Assembly (NCBI GenBank): GCA_049999805.1
Contig: JBNGIO010006247.1
Span: 112,726-149,816, forward strand
Direction: 5' to 3'
Length of the DNA stretch: 37,091 nucleotides
Source of the DNA: Folioceros fuciformis
Lineage: Eukaryota
The notes beneath the pieces were generated by a model that was not told the origin of the DNA, searched no databases, and worked only from the letters and a program-made list of their open reading frames with translations. Numbering within the stretch: the first letter of the stretch is position 1; each line of letters starts with the position of its first letter. Of this stretch, positions 12,598 through 23,024 are shown piece after piece. A program made the position numbers and the translations under genes.

Positions 12598-14617
12598 CTA
12601 CACCAGCCGTGCAAGCTTTCTCATCTCCGCGGCGTTGCCGTTCGTAAGGAAGAACAGTCTCTTCACGTGCGATTCCACCGGATCCTTTTTCAAAATATTT
12701 TGCCTGCAAGGAAACGGATGTCATGGACGCTATGACAACGGCCTACCGCTAGGTGATAGCGAGAAAGTAGCGAAGACATCTGACCTGCGGTAATACTGGA
12801 AGGTGACCATGGCTTCTTCAGGGGTGTAACGAGGTACCTCGAACCGATTTCTCTTCAAAAGTCCAGGTAAATGCAACGGCAACTTACCGACTCCTGTGGA
12901 ATGTGAGAATGCTGCGACCATGAGGTGGGATGTCTCCATAGTTCGGAAGGCATGAACCTAGAGTTGTCAACCGTCACAATCATGAGCAGGGAAGGCCCCA
13001 TCACCGGAAACTGAGCACACAAGGAGAGACTCCCCAGCTCGAGGAAATGTGACACCAACCATTGCCAGCTCATGCGCATGTATTTGCCGAGATGCTCGCT
13101 CCCCAGTGGGCTCAAAGTACCTACTCAAGGTGAACCAGCTGTTGTACTGCATGGACAGGCGACATCAGAACCCGACATTAACTTCCAAACAGAGATCCTG
13201 CTTATGAGTTGAAGGCATCCTGCAAAGCCCCAGATGCCTTACCTCATCGATGGCGTAGAGCACTGGAACAGTTTCTACAAGCTCCAATTCTTCCTTTAGA
13301 CGCACCAGCGCACTGACTGAAGCCTGACTCACAGAAACTCCGTTCTCCACCAGGTCTCTAAGACAAGCCCCTCCCGGTAGCGCGAGTTGTTGAGCACCTC
13401 TGACATCTTGGCTGCCTGCTCCTCTGCCAAGGGCAAGAGGGAGTGTGATGCGGCAAGGCAGCGTACGGAGCACAGATCCATGAGACTTTAGAAAGCCCTG
13501 CCAGTCCAACAGCGTCAAAATAACTTGTGGGTTGACGACCAAGGAGGCTAGGTCTTGTTTGTCAAGCGATCATGAATATAATGTGCAAAACACAACAGCA
13601 AGAGCTGAATACCTCAAGAACTTGCTTTGCTTGAACGGGTGTCTCCCATAAGCCAGTCGCCTCATTCTTGAAGTAGTAGTGGTTTTGAGTCCACTCCCTT
13701 CCATTAGGGACATAGAAAACAAGCCACCCTTTAGCTCGTGCCCAATGCACAAGCATTGCTAGCATGGCACTCTTTCCGCTACCAATAGGACCATCAAGAC
13801 AGAACCGGCTTTGCCGTGTCACGGCTGCCATCATATAGCACCCCGTAGTCAGCATATGCCCATGACATCAACTACGCCTGTCAAACAAATTCCAGAATAA
13901 GAGAAGAAGCAAGGCAGGCTCGTACGAAAAGGCTTTCCATTGGGAAGCTTGAACGGGATCGTATCCTCGACGTGCTTCTGCAGCCTATTACACAGGTCCA
14001 AAAACCGGGTCCGGACAAGCAACGAAGAACCCCTGGAAGCGTCGAATTCCTTAAGCACACTGCCTGGGAGTCCTTCTCCAAAACATACATCCCTCTCAGC
14101 AGCACTGCAGGACCCGAATTAAAATCAGTTCCCAGCCGATCGCCAGCCACACCCAAGAAAACCATGCACAAAACTTCATCAGGTACCTCAGCGTGTAATA
14201 TCTGTTGACATCAGAAGCCGAGAAACGCAATGGATTTAAGACTGCAGTGTATACTGCATCTCCTTCTCCTGCTAAAGCCCCACTCTCTGCCTTTCCCCTA
14301 CCGCTATCCTCACCTCTGACCACACCATCGTCCTCTTCCTCCAACCCTACCTTATCCTCCTCAGACGCCAAAGCAGACCAGCTCCTGGCTCCTGAGAACA
14401 GAGATGATTCCACCAAACGCGATGCCTTTCCATCCCAGAATTCTAGACCTACTCCCTTCCGGAACAAATCCCTGCTCCCTCCAAACGCGAATGCTGAACA
14501 ATCTCGGCCACAACGAGAAACGAACTCCCGCGAGTCCGCACTCCAGCCTATCGCATTGCACTTCCAGCGGTGGCTGCGGGTGGAGCGCAGAATGCGACAC
14601 AGGAGGGCCGACACCAT
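12598..14617 (-). CDS. DAP3: Mitochondrial small ribosomal subunit protein mS29 (DAP3), multi-exon
   Basis: Arg-rich presequence MVSALLCRILRSTRSHRW; P-loop LDGPIGSGKSAMLAMLVHWARAKGWLVFYVP; PVLYAIDE; YNSWFTLSRYFEP..IHAHEL; MVAAFSHSTGVGKLP; last exon QNILKKDPVESHVKRLFFLTNGNAAEMRKLARLV*. Confidence 0.9.
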
Positions 14618-16317
14618 AGCCAAAGGACAGGCTTTCCTTCGACGAGGAAAGCCTAGATCGATCTACAGCCACTCCATAGCTCCCTCGAGAGAGCGTCCCC
14701 AGTCTCCAAACCCCTGACACCCGCAACCCTAGGACAAGTCTATCGCTCCTTACTCATCCCAGTTCCACCCATGACATGTAATCCCTTGGTTATGTTAAAC
14801 ATGTACAATTGAAACCAAAGCTCATTCAAAATGTAGGCAGTAATCACATCTTGAAAATTATTATATTAATTCAAAACATACAACCATGTTAGATGTTAGG
14901 GGGAACAGTATCCAGCCAGGTATTTTGTACTATTAGGCATAAACAAGGTCTCAGTGTACCTCCATAATCTCCTAAATACATATATATAATAATATTATAA
15001 GAAAATTAAATTAAATTAAATACATCAAATTTTTTTAAATAAAAATCTTCTAAAATATAAACTTGTACTCACTTTTAAATACATAGATTTATAGCACAAA
15101 AATAAAAAGAATAAATAAATATATATATATATATATATATTAAAAAGAATTTCATTAAATCCATAATGTTAATAAAAATGAAGAACAAGGTCTAAGCACC
15201 ACTAATTTATCCCCTAGATAGAAATTCACTTAACTTGGATAATAGCCAGCTTAAAAAATATTATGTTCCTATCAAGTTCATTATATAAAAAAAAAAAAGA
15301 GTCTATTATTGTAGTTTTTTTTTATATGCTTTATATGTCAAGCAGAATAGTGATTTTTTTAGTGTTAGCTGGAGGTATTTGTCACATTGGTTTTGCCATA
15401 AGGACATATGAGAGCAAATTCAAGGTGAGTAATTTCTATATGGTCTTTTGGAATTCATTTATATTGCAAGACTATTGCATTAACAAAGGGCTGATTTATT
15501 CATTTTCTACATTGTCATGTTAAACCATATGCTTTGCTAACATGGTAAAAATCGTGCATAAGAATGGAGTCAAGTATCATGTCTTGAATAGTGAAGCTTC
15601 CAAGGCTTGAAAATAATCTTATTCTTTTTCTTGGCCAAATTCACATGTAATGGTCCTGGGTCCATCCAATTGTTGACTCATTATTTCTAGTTTTGTCCAA
15701 AAATTAAGCCCAATGCAACTAGTATTATTACGGCGGCACTGGTTACTCCTAATATGATTATTCTAATTGAGTTGGGCATAGTCTTGCAATCTTCAGCTTA
15801 GCCAAGATGCTATTGGTTCTCTTCACCAATGCTTGAAAGGTCTCTCCAAAATAATGCATGTGATAGGAAGATAGATAGGCTGTGATGTAAGACTTTGTGG
15901 GTGTTTTGAGGTGAGGGTAAGTGGTAACGGTATGTCTGTTTTGAGGAAGATAACTAAGTAAAGTCAAGCGTCTTCTGGAGAAGAATGTCGTTCTTGTTTA
16001 AAAACAAGAATGATGTGAAACCTTTATTCAAAATTAAATAATTGTAACCATCTTGCAAACGTGTAGAGAGTACGTCCTCGGCGAGGTCTGGTTTTGGTTT
16101 GTTCGAAGCCGGCTGTGATGGATGGTGAAGTGGGTGGAGGTCCAGGTACCGAGCTTGAGGAGGGCTGGCAATGGAAGGTGGACTCGACAGGCGGATGGAT
16201 TGGGGCTGGGAGGAGGAGGATTTGAGGGATCGGGTCGGTGAAGCAGGCGGCGTTTCTGCATCTGTTTGGGGGGTTCAGGCTTGAGGCATTGTGTGGAAAT
16301 CGGGCGAGAAGGATGAG

Positions 16318-17844
16318 ATGGGCGGATGCCGCCTGCCTCGCTGCCTCGGTGATCTGCGCCGGCGGCTCGGGTTCCGCGAATGTAGGCGGGGCATGTCAGG
16401 GAGCAGGAGAGGGGACGGTGGGGAAGTGGACGAGCGTTCTTGGGAAGTAGGGGGGGATTATTTTTTGGGTTTGGCGGAACAGGACCATGAGATGCAGGCG
16501 AGAATAGCCTCGTACTTTCACAGGAGGCCTGGGAAGCCGGCACCGCCTGTTCCTGCCAGGGACAAGGAGCTGGAGGCTATCAACAGGTTCAAGCAGCGGG
16601 CGCGCAGAGCCAAGGAGCTGGAGCACAAGCGGTACCAGACCATGATGAACAAGGTTGGTGCGGCTGTGCAGCGCCAGAGCGTCGAGGATGCCTTTGCTAC
16701 AGCCGAGAAGCTGTATCTGTCGCGTGCTCAAGTTGCTGAGGGAGCCAAATCTCTCAGTGTCTCGCAGTGCCTGGACGCATTGCAGGAGTCGCTGGATGAG
16801 TTGCGGTCTAGCTATGCTGATGCTGGCAGTGAGAGGGGAGTGGGTAGAAGGGGGAGCCAGCTGGTGGAAGGGGAGAAGCCTCTTGAGCTTGGCAAGGGAA
16901 GGGCTCGAAGGCCAGAACGGTTTCAGAGCGCTGAAACGGACAGGATCAAGGAAATTGCCCGGCGCTGGATTCAGTCAGCCAAGTCTATTGGGAATCTGCG
17001 GGTGGAGCACGAGGTTAGGACAACTTTGAAGGAGGTGTATGGAGTTGATATTGTTGAAAGGGTAGAGGATGTCCGGAAGTTTATGGACGAGCTTGACTCC
17101 GATCAAGGCCGTCTAGCTCGTTATTTGAAGGAAAGGATTAAGAGCGGAGGTGTTGTAAGGGTAGCCCCAGCGGAAACGTTTGAGGAAGAGGAAGAGACAG
17201 AGACAGAAGCAGAGTCTGAGGACATTGAGTCTGATGGAGAGCCTGTAGGGTTGGACGACGACGACGAAAGACAAGGAGAGGTTCGTAGGGTACCTAGAAC
17301 TAGACCAGGTCCGTTTTTGTATGCTCTGTGCCCAATCGCTCACATCATACAACACCTGCGTGGTCTGAATATTATGGCTGGGAAGACAAGGTTGCCTATA
17401 CCAGTGTCGAGCATCACCAATCTCCCTGATGCCACGATTATCAACTGGTTCAGAAATAAGGCATTCCTCATTCTTAAGCAGTACAGGCCGGCGAATAACC
17501 TGTGGGAATTGCGGAGGTTGATCAACTATCACATCAGGTACTCTCTCATTTACACTCTAGCCAAGAAGCATAAGTATTCCATCTCAAGGACCATCAAGCT
17601 GTACGGGAAAGCTCCCTCTGTGAAGATACCAACCATGGTCATTCGAGGACAGGTGGTTCTGGAAACCATAGCCGAGTTTCCAACTGTGCATCAGGTCAAT
17701 TCCATTCGCAGAGGCTATGACAAGGAAACCTTAACTCCGCAAGAGTTTATCGATCGTCTATCAACTGGATGCAAAAGGGATGGCGCTATTGCTGACACTA
17801 TCCCCGGCATGTGTAATTCGAGGATGGAGCTACACAATTCCTGA
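16318..17844 (+). CDS. matR: Nuclear-encoded group II intron maturase-like protein: MatR-like domain X without an intact RT domain, intronless, 508 aa
   Basis: The C-terminal part CPIAHIIQHLRGLNIM..PIPVSSITNLPDATIINWF..QYRPANNLWELRRLINYHIRYSLIYTLAKKHKYSISRTIKLYGK..ETIAEFPT matches the maturase domain X pattern, and by eye plant MatR (PIHVACLTNVSD.DIVNW..YYRC.DNL..VR..VD..IRWS..FTLAHKHK..TLAEFPN, recalled from memory). First in-frame ATG is 16318, with a TGA at 16282 upstream. The matR assignment versus another maturase lineage is not verified. Confidence 0.85.
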   Translation: MGGCRLPRCLGDLRRRLGFRECRRGMSGSRRGDGGEVDERSWEVGGDYFLGLAEQDHEMQARIASYFHRRPGKPAPPVPARDKELEAINRFKQRARRAKELEHKRYQTMMNKVGAAVQRQSVEDAFATAEKLYLSRAQVAEGAKSLSVSQCLDALQESLDELRSSYADAGSERGVGRRGSQLVEGEKPLELGKGRARRPERFQSAETDRIKEIARRWIQSAKSIGNLRVEHEVRTTLKEVYGVDIVERVEDVRKFMDELDSDQGRLARYLKERIKSGGVVRVAPAETFEEEEETETEAESEDIESDGEPVGLDDDDERQGEVRRVPRTRPGPFLYALCPIAHIIQHLRGLNIMAGKTRLPIPVSSITNLPDATIINWFRNKAFLILKQYRPANNLWELRRLINYHIRYSLIYTLAKKHKYSISRTIKLYGKAPSVKIPTMVIRGQVVLETIAEFPTVHQVNSIRRGYDKETLTPQEFIDRLSTGCKRDGAIADTIPGMCNSRMELHNS

Positions 17845-18642
17845 GGCCATTCATGTTAAGGCGTGCCACTCGTTCCAGACGACGGTCTTTCATTTCACTG
17901 CAAGCAAGGCCAAGCAACAGTCTGATGCACCGTGAGATTTTGTGATGCTACCTTCAGATGCAGCATCTCGCTTGAAGTCTTCCAGTACCAGGTGAACGGA
18001 CATCAACTGTGTAAGCAAGGCGGGCTCACCCATTTCAACTAAAGCACAACTGAGCACCTGGTACGTGAAACCTCTAACCTCCATGTTTCTGTGAGGCAGC
18101 GCACGGTCTATTCCATCAGTCTGATAGCTACGTTGTGGTTCATTGTCGCAGAAGCTCTAACGGAACCTCCTCCTCTTATCCACCTTTTCCAACTTTGTGC
18201 CAGTGTTAGTCCCTTTTGTTGGGATATCCAGCGAGATTGCGGGCTGGTTATGCATACGAAACCTCATGAACATGAGTTTCTCATATTCTGGAGAGCCAGC
18301 TGTCGCCATGTAGTTCCAGCTCAAGTTTCCTTTTGTTCTAACATCTCGTAGGGCTGTCTTCTCCCTAGGCAGCGGGAAAGGTACTAGGCGCAGAGACCAA
18401 AGGAATCAAAGAAGGCCGTGTCACGGATTCGTGGCATGCAAGTTAAGCGAGTCCACTTGCCCCAGACGTCAAGGAGGTGTGCAACTGTTGCACGAGGAGA
18501 ATGATCGCGTCAGTCCACAGGACGACAGTAATCAAGTCAACAGTTGTGGTTATCTAAGTGAAATCGCTGAATCGACGGGCATGTTCTTCTGAAGACGTTT
18601 GTGTCGCCTCTGCCTCTGCTCCAAGCTTCTGGAATCTACGCC

Positions 18643-20894
18643 ATGCTCATGAAAGTTCAAATGTCAGTCGGTGTTGATAGAATCGTGTTCTGGTGGCGTT
18701 TGTCAAATGTTGCGGCTTTGGTTCTCCTTTTCACAACTGCAAAATCAGTATCTGCTGGGGAATTTCGGGATGACAAGCCTAGGATTGTGGAAGGAAACCA
18801 CGGCGTGGTTGCTGCCGACGATGAGCGCTGCTCACTGATAGGCGTAAGGATTCTCCGTCTTGGAGGGAATGCTGTTGATGCTGCTGTCGCTACAGTGTTG
18901 TGCTTGGGAGTAGTCAATCCTACTAGTAGTGGCATTGGTGGAGGAGGACTTCTGCTAGTGAGGCGATCGGATGGAACTGCTGAAGCGTACGACATGCGGG
19001 AAACCGCCCCTGCTGCTGCGCCCAAGGTTATCGCCATGTCCCGCCGACATGAAATCCGTTTGCGCTGTAAACTGGTTCTGAACTCTTCTTGCGTGGCCCC
19101 CTTGACAGGCCCTATACGACAGCAATCCCAGCTTGCTGACGCAGGGGATATTGTCGGTTGGGGTCCCTGGTGAACTAGCTGGGCTTCACCTCGTTTGGCA
19201 GCGCCATGGAAAGCTGCCTTGGGAAAGGCTTTTCAGACCAGCCATAGAGCTTGCCCGCAATGGGTTCGTTGTTTCGAGATATCTTGCTGAACTGCTTCAA
19301 AGGCTGGAAGCCCTCGTTCTTGGGTCCGAAGGGCTTAGACAAATTTTTGCTCCCAAAGGCACAGTACTCGTTGCTGGCGACATATGCTATCGGGAAACAC
19401 TGGCAAACACTTTCTGCGCTGTCGCTGACCAAGGACCAAGCGTGTTGTACAATGGATCCGTTGGTGAGAAGCTGGCGTCAGACATTCAAGCTGCTGGAGG
19501 GATTTTGAATCTGACGGATTTGCAGCAATACAAGGTGAAAATTCGACAGCCACTGAGCACAGATGTGCTGGGAATGACAGTATTGGGAATGCCTCCACCA
19601 TCAGCGGGAGGAGCCTGCACGGCCTTGGTGAGTTGGCAACTGTCTCTTCGACTCTGACAGTGGCGAGTGTCTCGTTTCGCTTAATAGGATGCTTACTTGT
19701 GTGGCAGTTGCTCGCCAACAGATTCTCAATATTTTTGCAGCTTACGGCCTCGGAGGTGCAACTGGTGCCGTGGGTCTTCACCGTACAGTGGAGGCTCTCA
19801 AACACTGCTATGCTTTGAGGATGAATCTGGGCGACCCGGATTTTATTGACATTTCGGCCGTCCTGGCTGACATGCTGTCGTCAAACTTTTCTGATAAGCT
19901 TCAACACACGATCAATGACACAACAACGTTTGGGCCAGAGCACTACGGTGGCAGGTACATCTGGGCATGGGATACAGCATGTGCAGTAGCTTGAGACCCA
20001 ACCCTGCAGTTTGGATGTTGCGCTCTGATCAAATTCCATTCGGTTTTGCTGCGGCAGGTGGAACCCGGTCAATGACCATGGAACGTCTCACTTGTGCGTT
20101 GTCGACAAGGAAAGGAATGCAGTTGCTCTGACCTCATCCATAAACACTCCATTTGGGTCCCTGTTTGTCTCTCCTTCCACGGGGATAATCATGAACGACG
20201 AGATGGGGGATTTTTCAGTTGCTCAAAGTGGGAGCTCGCAGTTTCCAACAAGTCCAGCTAACCTGGTTGCACCAAACAAACGTCCTCTGTCGTCCATGAC
20301 TCCAACCATAGTTCTTGAGGTACTTGCAGTTCGGTTTGCAGCAATCGGCATGACAACTCGGTGCAACCTTGTGCGTCCCATCGTTCACCTCTAGATTTTT
20401 GAGCTGATGCAGGGAGGACAGCTGAGGGGCGTGCTCGGAGGGAGCGGGGGACTTCGAATCATCAGTGCCGTTGTGCAGGTTCTACTTAACGGCTTTGTGA
20501 AGGGAATGGATCCGCTATCATCCGTCTTAGAACCCAGGGTGCACCATCAGGTGAGCTGCGGACCCCGGGGCTGCTTGTGAGAAGTTCGCTTTTGTAGCAA
20601 CCTGGGAGAGTCAATCAGTTGTACGTTTGAACTGGGTGTCTGCAGTGGCTGCCCAACGTACTACGTTACGAGAACTTCACAGCCGTATCAGGGCAACATT
20701 TTGAGGTGGAAGCGGACTTGAGGGACGCCCTCCAAAGAAGAGGCCATGTGCTGCAAAGTGATAACAAGTCGGGTGCAATTGTTCAGCTCATAGTGCAGGA
20801 GCTGGCGGATGCGGGTCGCTCAAAGCTAATAAAGTATAGGAAGCTGATTGGAGTGAGCGACCCAAGAAAAGATGGTGTGCCAGCAGGCTACTAG
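18643..20894 (+). CDS. GGT: Gamma-glutamyl transpeptidase / glutathione hydrolase, copy 2
   Basis: Signal/anchor LSNVAALVLLFTTAKSVSA, GVVAADDERCS, GGNAVDAAVATVLCLGVVNPTSSGIGGG, SVGVPGELAGL, MPPPSAGG, NDHGTSHLCVVD, MNDEMGDF, KRPLSSMTP, GGSGGLRII, VSDPRKDGVPAGY*. The exact start ATG (18643, 18649 or 18661) is uncertain. Confidence 0.95.
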
Positions 20895-21100
20895 CGGCTG
20901 TAGCTGGCGCAGAGCAGATTCCAGAGATCCGTTGAATACAAATACAGCTTGCAAGCAAGCCCTTTTTTAATGGTGCAAAATGACGATCATACATAGCAAT
21001 GCCAACACACAGAGTTGCAACGAGGTGCAATCTTATTCTACGATATAGGAACGTAACTTGGCCGAGAGAGAGGGGCTTCGATGTGTAATCGAAGCTCCCC

Positions 21101-22579
21101 TCACATGTGCCCGATGGAACTGCACTCGAGGTTGTGACCAGACTCGACACCAAGGATGCGGCAGAAGCTGGAGTATGTCTGGGCGCGCTGCATCTGCATG
21201 GACGGGTCCACCCCCTGCCCGCACTCCAGGTTGCCTCTCATGAGGAAGGTGGTGGATCCGAAGCTCTGGGAAGACAAGCCCATGGCGGCCTCCGTCTCTG
21301 TGGGGTTCCACTCGCCCACCATCACTTGGTGGCACGAGGGCAGACTATGGTCGTGGAACATGTTGCTGCCAGAGCCCATGTTGATGCTGCTTGAAGTTGG
21401 GGTCATCCACATCCAGATGGCGCTGCCGAAGGACATGATGGGGTCCTGGGAGATAATCTCTGGCTTGGCCAGAAGGTCAACTCCCAACGCCTTGCTTGCC
21501 ATTCCGTAGTTGTAGTTCCTGCAAGGAGGAGTCGGTTTGCTTTCCGAACGTTAGCATCAGTCTATGACATGAGCTGCATTAAAATGAAGAATGCGAGGAA
21601 CTCCTTGATTCACCAGGTCATCTGGAGAGGCCCGCGTGCGTGGTAGGACTTGCCAGCCATGCACGGGTACAGGGACTTGCTGGAATCGCAGAACGTGTTC
21701 AACTTGGACGTGGTTGTGGATTCGTCGATGCTTGCGAGGCCTGCGGAAGGACTTGGACTGTGTCACAAATGTTTCACGTGCAAATCAGTTTCGTCAACGA
21801 TTAGTTGTCGAGTAGAAATGTCACCGGTGGTTTCATGCTCGATGTGGGCCAAGAAGGCAGCCAATTCACGCTTCTGGGTGGTGATGTCCTTGGAGCTGGC
21901 GAACTCTGGGAACAATTGCATGGCCGTCATGAGGGAGTCGTATGTGTAGAAGGCGTTTTTCTTGGGAAACATTCTGGTGAATTCGTTAGATGTCATGAGC
22001 GTGGATCTCGGGTTTGGCATCATCTTGTTGTTGATCATTTGGTTGGCGGGGATGTGCATCTTGTTGTTGATCATTTGGCTGGCGGGGATCATTTTGTTGT
22101 TGATCATTTGGTTGGCGGGATTCATCTTCCTGGAGCTGATGGTTCCTGTTGGCTTGATGTCGATGCTGCCAATGTTGATCCCACGAGCGGATGACCGCTC
22201 TGTGTGGGTCACGCTCCGTGTCTCGAGGTTCTCTGCATCATCCAAAGCACAGGAACGCCGCCCAACGTTAGGACTCCGAGCCTGGCTGGAGCTTGAACCA
22301 ATTGCAATTTGCGAGAGCAGATGTAGAAGGGGTCACAGTACGCTGAGAGTCGGCGGTGGAGTTTGCGAGGACGTCGACACACTGGCTCTGGCAGCGGTCC
22401 ATGCAGAATTCCTTGGAGTAGCCACAGAAGCCATCCACGCTGCAGCACATGCTGTCAACGCACACAGCGTAGTTGGACTGAGGGCCACAGCGGGCAGGTC
22501 CCATAGCCCATGACAGGGGAGCAGTGCTCACAAGGAGCACTGTTGCCAGGAAGATCCATGCTGACGAAGAGCCCGACAT
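21101..22579 (-). CDS. GH19 chitinase with signal peptide, hevein (CBM18) domain and long repetitive linker, 4 exons
   Basis: Signal peptide; hevein CGPQSNYAVCVDSMCCSVDGFCGYSKEFCMDRCQSQC; intron 22341-22233; GH19 [99 protein letters not shown], NLEC. Confidence 0.92.
22021..22126 (-). repeat. Coding minisatellite, 3 x 33-36 bp (PA[N/S]QMINNKM) in the chitinase linker
   Basis: The plus-strand unit cat(c/t)ttgttgttgatcatttgg(t/c)tggcggg occurs three times. Confidence 0.9.
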
Positions 22580-23024
22580 ATTGGATTCTTGCTTCAGAGC
22601 AAACTACAGTGCAGGTAGCAAGTGCAAGCGTGCGCTGGGAGAGGGCATGAGGATTGAGGGGAACGCTTGTCTCCTTATACGGGCCTGCCCACGAATGGCC
22701 TTTATTACAAAACGGCTTTCACAAGCCCGTGATCGTGTCCGTCCACGCTTTAGTCACAAGGTTTCCTCCACAGAGGGGTAGGAACTAGCCAGCTCCGCAG
22801 CTTGCATCTCGTTGGTTCCGCCCGAGGAGGACAAAACATGCTCTACCTGTGGCATCGTCACATACAACTGCAACTCGAGATGGCCTTGAAACGAGAGACA
22901 GCCACTTGTTCTGAGAACATGTTTTGGAAGCCCGAAATTGGGGACAACCAAATCATCGCTGAAGACTTTAGAATCGCTACATTACAACGTCTAGGGTTGA
23001 GCACCCCACATGGCAGCTTACGGA

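Noticed and set aside
15263-15523. 86-aa ORF in AT-rich DNA
   Set aside because: Low-complexity poly-A/poly-T intergenic sequence with no recognisable motif.
17845-18600. Group II intron RNA (domain V/VI) flanking the maturase-like ORF
   Set aside because: No GAGC...GAAA...GTTC domain V hairpin could be found by eye, so this is not called a mobile intron or a fresh NUMT.
21962-22513. Hydrophobic plus-strand ORF with (IILLLIIWLAG)x3 that looks like a membrane protein
   Set aside because: Antisense shadow of the chitinase linker repeat.
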